From an uncultured virus (IMG/VR IMGVR_UViG_3300011429_000010) (lineage: Duplodnaviria > Heunggongvirae > Uroviricota > Caudoviricetes): a DNA stretch of 20,000 bases. Positions within the stretch are counted from its first letter, which is position 1, and each line of letters opens with the position of its first letter. Made by a program: the position numbers and the translations under genes. Where the stretch lies: IMG/VR virus record IMGVR_UViG_3300011429_000010. One strand, 5' to 3'. This document shows positions 7,921 through 14,695 of the stretch, one piece after another. The notes below the pieces were generated by a model. The model saw only the letters and a list, made by a program, of their open reading frames with translations, did not search any database and was not told where the DNA came from.

Positions 7921-8194
7921 TTTCGCCATGTTGGTGTGCTTGTGGCTGTTCATTATTGAATCTTGGATTCTGGCGACCGGACTCGGCCTGATGACGAGCT
8001 ATTACCGCGCTGGCCGACTGGACGAATTCTGGCAACTGAACGAGATGCCGATCCCGGCGCTGCGCTGGATCGATGCCTACGTTGAAAATTTTCAAATTTT
8101 CGTATTCGTGTGGCTCGGTCTGTGTTATGTGTTCGGTGTGTTCAAGCGGCTGGAGCAACAGGACCATGGCGAAATCGATCATCCGCGGCGTTGA
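7901..8194 (+). CDS. Small membrane protein with two predicted TM helices
   Basis: ATG 7901 with GGAG SD; hydrophobic stretches FAMLVCLWLFIIESWILATGLGLM and FQIFVFVWLGLCYVFGVF. Confidence 0.7.
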   Translation: MKRRLDDFAMLVCLWLFIIESWILATGLGLMTSYYRAGRLDEFWQLNEMPIPALRWIDAYVENFQIFVFVWLGLCYVFGVFKRLEQQDHGEIDHPRR

Positions 8195-8288
8195 TCAACG
8201 CGTGCCCGCGCGGCCGGCGTCGATGCTGGCGCGACCGGGCGATCATCGGCCGACCAATGAGCCGATGCGCAAAATCACCCCCACGTGA
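8166..8288 (+). CDS. Small basic hypothetical protein (40 aa, MAKSIIRGV...)
   Basis: ATG 8166 preceded by GGAG and AGGA; fills the gap before the tad1 leader. Confidence 0.45.
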   Translation: MAKSIIRGVDQRVPARPASMLARPGDHRPTNEPMRKITPT

Positions 8289-8359
8289 CGGCAGCGGGCC
8301 GTGCGCGTGCCGCACAGAGGATCGAGGCGATAACCCTCGCGGGCAGCCCTTGAGGTATT

Positions 8360-8737
8360 ATGGATAGAGAGCTTATCGACCACCACGACGGCCACGGATT
8401 AACAGAGTCCATCAAAATTCTCGCTGACGAGCCGGGGCCGGGCGGCGCCTCCCATCGCTATTTGATCCAGGTCGAGGCGCCGGACGGCCAGAAATTCGCG
8501 GTCGGCGAGATTCAATTTCAAAAGGGCCCGCGGAATGTGGAAGGGTCCACGCCGGGTGTGGTCGAATCGGCGTTGCTGGCGATTGTGGTGGATCGCATGC
8601 GCAGCTTTAACAGCGGCGAGCTGCGCAACCGGCAGAATGCGCTCGTGCAGACCAAGTGTGAAGAGGCCATCCATTGGTTGCGCGACCGCGCCGACGAGCG
8701 TGCGCGGCGGGGCGTGCTGGGGACCATGAACAAATGA
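8360..8737 (+). CDS. tad1: Tad1-family anti-defence sponge protein (Thoeris anti-defence 1; sequesters immune signalling nucleotides)
   Basis: 125 aa with the Tad1 motifs in order: GPGGAxHxY, IQFQKGPR, GV...LLAIVVDRMRSF, RQNA...TKCEEAIHWLRDR..ERARRGVLGT, ending in NK. SD GAGG upstream. Confidence 0.9.
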   Translation: MDRELIDHHDGHGLTESIKILADEPGPGGASHRYLIQVEAPDGQKFAVGEIQFQKGPRNVEGSTPGVVESALLAIVVDRMRSFNSGELRNRQNALVQTKCEEAIHWLRDRADERARRGVLGTMNK

Positions 8738-9093
8738 ACCGACGTGTTTTCAGTCAGACGCTCGCGGCCGTGCTGACCGCCCTTGCGTGGCCGTGGTCGG
8801 CCTCGGCCGCGCGGCCCGTCCCCGTCATCACCGGTGTCGCCCCCGGTATCGACTGGACGGCGTGGAATCAGATCGCGCGCCGTGTTGATGCACACGGCGT
8901 GTCCACGTGGTTCATCAACGGGATGCAGGTAGACGGCCCGCACAATATCCCATGGCAGGCGCTGGCATGGTTGAAAGATCCCACGCCGGGGACGTGGACA
9001 CAATTCAACATGAAAATTCGTCGTATGCCGGGGAGTGTTTGTACCGACCACACCGATTACGTCAACATTGACGACGCCGTGGTGTGGGACTGA
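8734..9093 (+). CDS. Putative Tat-exported protein
   Basis: ATGA-coupled to tad1. N-terminus MNRRVFSQTLAAVLTALAWPWSASA has RRxF, a hydrophobic h-region and an AxA cleavage-like site. Confidence 0.65.
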   Translation: MNRRVFSQTLAAVLTALAWPWSASAARPVPVITGVAPGIDWTAWNQIARRVDAHGVSTWFINGMQVDGPHNIPWQALAWLKDPTPGTWTQFNMKIRRMPGSVCTDHTDYVNIDDAVVWD

Positions 9094-9347
9094 TGCACCA
9101 CCACGGCATTCCCATTCTCGATTTAGAGGTTGTCCAGGTCATGGCCCATGTCGTTCGTTCCATCACCATCGACGCGAAAGAAATCCTCGACGTCACCTGG
9201 GAGGAACGCAACGCCGCCGGACAGGTGATCGAACGCTATGTGACACGCATCACTCGGCCGCCCGTGGACGTCCGCAAGGCACGCACCGGCACGGACATGG
9301 CGCCGGTCGATCATGACCCAGGATCGATCCGTGCCGTCACCGGGTAA
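9093..9347 (+). CDS. Hypothetical protein (MHHHGIPILDLEVVQ...)
   Basis: TGATG overlap with the previous stop; beta-rich protein-like sequence. Confidence 0.65.
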   Translation: MHHHGIPILDLEVVQVMAHVVRSITIDAKEILDVTWEERNAAGQVIERYVTRITRPPVDVRKARTGTDMAPVDHDPGSIRAVTG

Positions 9348-9522
9348 GGCCCGTCGAGGATTCGCTGCCATGACCAAGGCTCAGCATCGCGCCATTGCCC
9401 GCAAAGGGGGGTTGGTGCGGGCCGATCGCCACACCGGCCATGAATGGCGGGCAGAGGATGGATCCGCCGCGCGGGCAGGCCGCAAGGGCGGATTAGCGTG
9501 TGCCGAAAAGAAAGGAAAATGA
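9313..9522 (+). CDS. KGG-repeat stress-induced protein family (YciG/YmdF/GsiB-like)
   Basis: RRGFAAMTKAQHRAIARKGG...HEW...AARAGRKGG matches the RGFAxM...R.IAxKGG / AREAGRKGG repeat. Confidence 0.8.
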   Translation: MTQDRSVPSPGKARRGFAAMTKAQHRAIARKGGLVRADRHTGHEWRAEDGSAARAGRKGGLACAEKKGK

Positions 9523-9731
9523 TCATGCCTCCGTTTCAACTTGTGCGCTCCACCGCGCAACGCAAAAAGTTATTCGCGCTCGCCGACCGTGGGGAAATCA
9601 GCAAGGACGAGGCTGAAGGTAAGGCGCGCGCCGCCAAGGGGCGTGATCTGCCGGAGTATGTCAAGGCTGCGCCGAAACCCAAACGCGTGAAATCACGCGG
9701 CGCGTTTGGCCGTCCGCTGACTGGGCGTTGA
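9519..9731 (+). CDS. Small basic phage protein (S.AQRKKLFALADRGEISK...LPEYVK)
   Basis: AAAGGA SD and ATGA overlap (start 9519 or 9525). Resembles the small phage protein pattern MPFKSxAQRR...RGEIS...LPExV (recollection). Confidence 0.8.
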   Translation: MIMPPFQLVRSTAQRKKLFALADRGEISKDEAEGKARAAKGRDLPEYVKAAPKPKRVKSRGAFGRPLTGR

Positions 9732-9733
9732 TC

Positions 9734-9907
9734 ATGGGCATGGGATTCAAACAAGGTGGGCACGTCGGCCTTGGGCCACCCCCGCCCAAACATAATCGCA
9801 ATATCGAAAAGGCGCGCGGGCCGTTGGTGCGCGCGGAACACAAGGCCATGCCCAAGATCACCGGTGCGCTGAGGAACAAAGGCCGCTCACGTCGCGTGGG
9901 GCGGTAA
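9734..9907 (+). CDS. Small basic hypothetical protein (57 aa, MGMGFKQGGHVGLGPPPPK...RSRRVGR)
   Basis: Translated by hand (below the track's cutoff); exactly fills the gap between the stop at 9731 and ATG 9909. Confidence 0.65.
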   Translation: MGMGFKQGGHVGLGPPPPKHNRNIEKARGPLVRAEHKAMPKITGALRNKGRSRRVGR

Positions 9908-9908
9908 C

Positions 9909-10283
9909 ATGCCATGGACGTCACAAGCCCAATTGGATCGGATCGAGGCCAAACTGGACCAGTTACTGGCGAGCCTCGCCGCGGCCGGGGTCGCCCTCGT
10001 GGCTCCAAAAATCATGCCCCGCACGCGCGGCCCCCTGTCCCAGATGGTCCCGGCGCGCAAGCGCACGGCGGCGGACGTCCAGATCATGAATCGGGAGGCG
10101 CGGCTGGAACGACAACAGCGCGACCGGGAACAACAGGCCAGCCCGCGTGGCGCAAGTACTGGCCCCTCGACCCCTACAAACCCATCCCCGACGAGTCCGA
10201 TCCCTTCGCCGATCTCCGGCCCCTCTATTACACCCCGCCCAGAGACCAGCGACACATCCGCCGGACCCGAGACACCATCCTAA
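9909..10283 (+). CDS. Hypothetical coiled-coil protein overlapping the next ORF
   Basis: ATG 1 nt after the upstream TAA; QLDRIEAKLDQLL heptad pattern and REARLERQQRDREQQ helix. The C-terminal third is Ser/Pro/Thr-rich and may be an overlap tail. Confidence 0.55.
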   Translation: MPWTSQAQLDRIEAKLDQLLASLAAAGVALVAPKIMPRTRGPLSQMVPARKRTAADVQIMNREARLERQQRDREQQASPRGASTGPSTPTNPSPTSPIPSPISGPSITPRPETSDTSAGPETPS

Positions 10284-11086
10284 CGCGGAGTGATATTACC
10301 CACACGATTTCTCCGACCGGGGCGGTGGATCAGGTCACACGGGCGGCGCTGGACAACGCCCCCGAAGACGTCCGCCTCGCCGCTGCCGAACTGGTCGCCC
10401 AACAAAAAATCCTCAAGGACCGTGCGAAGGCGCTGGGCATCCCATCCACGGAATTCGCCCACACATTAGGATTTATTACCCGCAAGATGGAAGGCGGGCG
10501 CGAGCGGTTCATTCAATTCGTGGCGCTCGGCGCGTCCATCGGCGATGAGGACTGCCGGCGGTTCCTGCACGCGTACGAGGAATTACCCAAGTGGCAACAG
10601 AAAAGCCGCATTGGGCTGGATTTGCTGGCGCTGTCGATTGGGATCCAGCCCGTGACGATTCTCAGGGCTGTCGTCGGCGTGGCGTTTGAGGCCCAGGTGG
10701 ACGCCGCCCGCATGATCGCGCTGGCCTCGCAGCCCGACGTCATGTCGGCGGCGGTGGAATCGGCCAAGCGGCTGGATTCGCAGATTGGTTTGCGGGATCG
10801 GCATGCGTTGCTGCAGTCAGCGGGCGTGCTACCGACACCCAAGGGATCCACGATCAATATTGGCGTCACCGCCAACGCCCAAGCCCAGTCCACGGCCGCT
10901 GCCGCTGCCGCCTCCAGCTCGCCGAATATTCCCTCGTTCGTGGCGGATATGGATGTGGTGTCCGGCGTGCGCGAGACGGTCCAGCGGCAGTTGCTCACCG
11001 AAGGTGTGGCGCCGGAGCCCTTAATCTTTACCGATCAGGAGCGCGAACACGCGCCGATCGACGTGAACCCGTCAGCTGTGGAGTAA
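9914..11086 (+). CDS. Putative terminase small subunit / DNA-binding protein (start uncertain)
   Basis: 390-aa ORF just upstream of terL; AT-hook-like RRGRGRPRGSKN, helical core, C-terminal TINIGVTAN beta-strand. The TerS assignment rests mainly on position. Confidence 0.55.
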   Translation: MDVTSPIGSDRGQTGPVTGEPRRGRGRPRGSKNHAPHARPPVPDGPGAQAHGGGRPDHESGGAAGTTTARPGTTGQPAWRKYWPLDPYKPIPDESDPFADLRPLYYTPPRDQRHIRRTRDTILTRSDITHTISPTGAVDQVTRAALDNAPEDVRLAAAELVAQQKILKDRAKALGIPSTEFAHTLGFITRKMEGGRERFIQFVALGASIGDEDCRRFLHAYEELPKWQQKSRIGLDLLALSIGIQPVTILRAVVGVAFEAQVDAARMIALASQPDVMSAAVESAKRLDSQIGLRDRHALLQSAGVLPTPKGSTINIGVTANAQAQSTAAAAAASSSPNIPSFVADMDVVSGVRETVQRQLLTEGVAPEPLIFTDQEREHAPIDVNPSAVE

Positions 11087-11089
11087 CAC

Positions 11090-11377
11090 ATGAATGACAA
11101 AATCGCCCGGATAGTCGGCAAGGTCGTCACCACGTTGATTCTGACCGGCGCCCGCACGGCGACCGCGTACGTCAGCCCGACGCATACCGTCCGTGCGTGC
11201 CAACGGCGTATCCGTGGACGCGTCCCGCGGCATCCCCGGCGGTTTGATGTGAACCTGACGATCGGGACGCCGAATTACCGATCGCGGCAATTCATCAAAA
11301 AGGCACAGCGCGCGGGCGAACCATTTCCCATCAAGCGTGTCCAACTCACGTACGTTCACGTTCACGCTCGTGCGTAG
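11090..11377 (+). CDS. Small basic hypothetical phage protein (95 aa)
   Basis: GGAG SD; sits between the TerS candidate and terL with 3-nt gaps. Confidence 0.75.
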   Translation: MNDKIARIVGKVVTTLILTGARTATAYVSPTHTVRACQRRIRGRVPRHPRRFDVNLTIGTPNYRSRQFIKKAQRAGEPFPIKRVQLTYVHVHARA

Positions 11378-11380
11378 CCC

Positions 11381-13642
11381 ATGTATGACCACCGTGTGAC
11401 GTCCCTCGCGATTGAGGCGGCCAGCGCCAAACAAGGTTGGGCGCTGGTGTACCACACGCCCGCCCAGATTGACGAAGCCATTCATCATTTCGCGCCGCTG
11501 TGGAACGCGGAGCGCCAGGATTTCATCCGCCCGCTGGTCGCCGCCGAACAGCGGTTCATTCAAAATGAACGCACGCTGTGCGCGCTCGATTACCGTTATT
11601 GGCTGCAGTACGTCCATATCATCGGGTGGGACAAAAAGGACGTCATTTTCATCCCCAACATTGCCCAGGAAATCATCCTCGAAATCTGGGGCGAGGCCGA
11701 AGCCAAAGGGCTCGCCATCATCTGCATGCTGCTCAAGGCGCGGCAGCTCGGGATGACGACCGAAGTGGAATTAGCGGTCCTTCACCGGTTCCAATTCTAC
11801 CCGCGCACGTACGCGGTGGTCGCCAGCGCCGACCCAGACAAAACCGTCGAAATGGCGAAGATGATTCATTACGCCATTCAGCGCCAGCCGTGGTGGCTAC
11901 TGCCCAAGGCCACAAAAATCTCCCGCGGCATGCCGGTCGAATTCGGCGAGATTAATTCCACGCTCGCCGCCCAGTGGGGTAACCAGTATCACGGCGTGGC
12001 GCGCGGGCGCACCCCCAACGTGTTCCACTTGACCGAAGTCAGCTCGTGGAACAACGCCGAGGACGATATCGACGCCGCATTATTCAAGGCCATGCACGCC
12101 ACGCCGGACGTCTTCGGCTGTCTCGAATCGACCGCCATGGGCCGCAACAACTGGTGGCATGACGAGTGGCAGCTGATGATCGCGGAGTATCCAGCCGGTC
12201 GATCACTCATTCGCCCGATTTTTCTGCCCTGGTTCGTTGGCCTTGATATTTACCCGACGCCGGCTGACTTGCGCGCACGGCCCGTCCCCGGCGACTGGAT
12301 TCCGCTCGATCGCACGATTCGCCACGCGGAGCGCGCCCGGCAGGCGGTCCTGTCCAACCCGCTCTGGATGAAACACGTGGCCAAGGGCCAGTCCAACTGG
12401 CAGATGCCCCGCGAGCAAATGTGGTATTACGAGATCGAACGTGAATTAGCCGTCAAGAAAAAGGCCGTGAATAAGTTCTTGGGTGAAATGCCGGCCGATG
12501 ATCAGGAAGCGTTCCAGAACACGTTGATCTCGGTGGTGGACCAGGACGTCATTTTGGATCTGCGTGAGCGGGCGCTGGCCAATCACCCGCTGGGCGTGTA
12601 CACAGTGGTCGGATCCACCATTCACCAGACATTGGTGGTCCCGCGATCACATTGGGATCTCTCGCAGCCGATTATTCCCATCCGTCCGGCGGATATCTCG
12701 CGCACGATCAACGAAACCTATCAATTCGTCCCGGTGGAATTCCAAGGCTACACCGCCTATGATCCCACATGGAAATTGTTCATCTGGGAATGGCCGAAGC
12801 CGGGGGAGACCTACGGCGTGGGCTTGGACACCAGCGATGGGATCGGGCAGGACTGGTGTGTCATCGAAGTTTTCCGCAAGGGCGACAGCCAGCGCGCGCA
12901 CGCGCAGGTCGCTGAATTCGCCTCGCCGTACATCAAGGCCAACCAGATTTGGGAACAGCTTTTAGCCATCGCCACGTTCTACAGCGTGTACAACTTCCGC
13001 GCCAAAAAGCGTACCCAATGCCGCGTGTGCATCGAATGCAAGGGCAATGGCGAAAAAGCGCAGGACGAGCTGAAAAAACGCGGCTGGGTCAATTTCCACC
13101 CGTGGAAACGTCTCGACAACCGCAAGCGCCTGACCAACGATCAAGTCCACAAGGAAGGGATTTTCACTAATGTCTGGTACCGCGCGCGTCTTATGGACAC
13201 GCTCCTTACGGCGGTGGACGAGGATTCGGTGGATATCAATTCCCCGTGGCTGGTGGGGGAATTGGAGACCTTGGAACGAGATCCCGAATTGGCGTCGGCC
13301 CGTGCCGCCTACGGTTGCCACGATGACCGCGTTATGTCCTTTGGCTTCCCGCTCGAATCCCTCACCGTGGATGACCGGCCCGGCATGGTCAGCAACACCG
13401 GCAGCAAGTTTCGCCGCAATGTGCCGCAGTACCTGCCAGACGCCGTGGGACAGTCCACGAACAACCACGTTGAAATTTACGCCAGTTACCCGGTCCCGCT
13501 CCAGGCTCGCAGCGACGTCACCCACCGATCTGGGATTCCACTGGAGCGAAGGCCCACGATTCTTGGTCAGGTCGGACGGTCAGGCGGACGGTACCGATTA
13601 GGGTCGTATAAAAATCCCCAATTAGCTAAGGTGCTCCGGTAA
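11381..13642 (+). CDS. terL: Terminase large subunit
   Basis: Walker A-like LLKARQLGMTT, Walker B FHLTEV, motif III ESTAMG, and RNase H-like nuclease motifs GVGLDTSDGIGQD, CIECKGNG and HDDRVMS. Confidence 0.95.
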   Translation: MYDHRVTSLAIEAASAKQGWALVYHTPAQIDEAIHHFAPLWNAERQDFIRPLVAAEQRFIQNERTLCALDYRYWLQYVHIIGWDKKDVIFIPNIAQEIILEIWGEAEAKGLAIICMLLKARQLGMTTEVELAVLHRFQFYPRTYAVVASADPDKTVEMAKMIHYAIQRQPWWLLPKATKISRGMPVEFGEINSTLAAQWGNQYHGVARGRTPNVFHLTEVSSWNNAEDDIDAALFKAMHATPDVFGCLESTAMGRNNWWHDEWQLMIAEYPAGRSLIRPIFLPWFVGLDIYPTPADLRARPVPGDWIPLDRTIRHAERARQAVLSNPLWMKHVAKGQSNWQMPREQMWYYEIERELAVKKKAVNKFLGEMPADDQEAFQNTLISVVDQDVILDLRERALANHPLGVYTVVGSTIHQTLVVPRSHWDLSQPIIPIRPADISRTINETYQFVPVEFQGYTAYDPTWKLFIWEWPKPGETYGVGLDTSDGIGQDWCVIEVFRKGDSQRAHAQVAEFASPYIKANQIWEQLLAIATFYSVYNFRAKKRTQCRVCIECKGNGEKAQDELKKRGWVNFHPWKRLDNRKRLTNDQVHKEGIFTNVWYRARLMDTLLTAVDEDSVDINSPWLVGELETLERDPELASARAAYGCHDDRVMSFGFPLESLTVDDRPGMVSNTGSKFRRNVPQYLPDAVGQSTNNHVEIYASYPVPLQARSDVTHRSGIPLERRPTILGQVGRSGGRYRLGSYKNPQLAKVLR

Positions 13643-14217
13643 TGCCCTTGTACGATCTCGCGTGCCAGTCCTGTGGTCGGCAATTCGAACATTTTATTCC
13701 ACTGACGCTGTACCCCACGACACCGCCGTGTCCCACGTGTGGAGAACCCACGATCCGCGAATTACTCCCACCCGTCAACCGCCGCGCCACCCCTGACGCC
13801 GTGGTGGTCTATCGCGCGCCAGACGGCTCATTCCGCTTCCCCGGTGACACCGGCGGGATCTCGGCCGGCAAGTACGAGCGCATGGGCTACGAACGGATTG
13901 AAGCGCGAGGCCACGCGGAAGTCCGGCGCCTCGAAAAGCGCCTGAACACCCACGAAACCAGTCAAATGGCCCGCTTAGCTGAGCATCAGGCCGCGCGCCG
14001 CGAGCACGGAGAGACCTTGCGCCGCAGCGAACTTCGCGCTAGGATGCAGTCCATGTCGCGCGAGGGACGTGATCTCGCGCGGGCCGTGATCAACCGGAAC
14101 AACGCCAAACCCGTGCGCGTCGTGCGGAATCCCGGCCTGCACGTTGACGTCTATTCGAACGACCGCGGCAACCGGGATGAGTCACGCGACCGTCGCGGCA
14201 AACGCTTCAGGGATTAG
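13642..14217 (+). CDS. FmdB-like zinc-ribbon domain protein
   Basis: MPLYDLACQSCGRQFE...CPTCG (MPxYxxxCxxCG...CPxCG); TAATG coupling with terL; Arg-rich helical C-terminus. Confidence 0.85.
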   Translation: MPLYDLACQSCGRQFEHFIPLTLYPTTPPCPTCGEPTIRELLPPVNRRATPDAVVVYRAPDGSFRFPGDTGGISAGKYERMGYERIEARGHAEVRRLEKRLNTHETSQMARLAEHQAARREHGETLRRSELRARMQSMSREGRDLARAVINRNNAKPVRVVRNPGLHVDVYSNDRGNRDESRDRRGKRFRD

Positions 14218-14245
14218 GGCTCGCGCCCAGCCCTACAGGTGATCC

Positions 14246-14668
14246 ATGACCATTCGTGTCGAGCACCACCACTATTTCCATGTCGATTCTGACGATAGCG
14301 TGCGCCAGAAACTCGATTCCATCATCACGCTGTTAGCTGGTCTGAAACACCAGGAGGAAGCCGAAATGACCCGACTCGATGATCTCAAAGTCAAGCTCCA
14401 GACCCTCAGCGACGACGTGGCGGCCGAAACCAACATCGTGGAAGCCGCCAAGATTGCGATCGACGGGCTGATCGCGTCCAACGAGGAACTTCGTCAGCAG
14501 CTCGAAAACCAGGGCGTGCCCCAGGAAGTCCTCGATCTCGTGGACGCGACCATCGCCGCCCAGAAGGCCCAGCGCGAGCGGCTGGCCGCGGCCATCCCGG
14601 CTGGCACGCCGGCTGTTCCGGCGCCGCCCGCGGAAGGCACCGGGTTGTCCACCGACGCCAAGTCGTAA
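14246..14668 (+). CDS. Coiled-coil phage protein (possible internal start at 14366)
   Basis: AGGTG upstream of ATG 14246; heptad-rich sequence; strong AGGAGG SD before internal ATG 14366. Confidence 0.8.
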   Translation: MTIRVEHHHYFHVDSDDSVRQKLDSIITLLAGLKHQEEAEMTRLDDLKVKLQTLSDDVAAETNIVEAAKIAIDGLIASNEELRQQLENQGVPQEVLDLVDATIAAQKAQRERLAAAIPAGTPAVPAPPAEGTGLSTDAKS

Positions 14669-14695
14669 GCGTTTCTCAGTTGGGAGGACTCGCGC

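Noticed and set aside
10727..10737. TCG[CAGCC]CGA mini-hairpin inside the TerS candidate (a similar one lies near 17324)
   Set aside because: Short stem within coding sequence and not near a start codon; compatible with chance, so not counted as support for the motif.
11381..13642. Intein or intron in the long TerL
   Set aside because: No intein splice motifs or homing-endonuclease signature seen. The extra length looks like ordinary insertions and a C-terminal extension.
14216..14234. Hairpin AGGGCT-CGCGCCC-AGCCCT as a terminator or a YAGCC-loop member
   Set aside because: No U-tract follows, and the AGCC bases lie in the stem rather than the loop.
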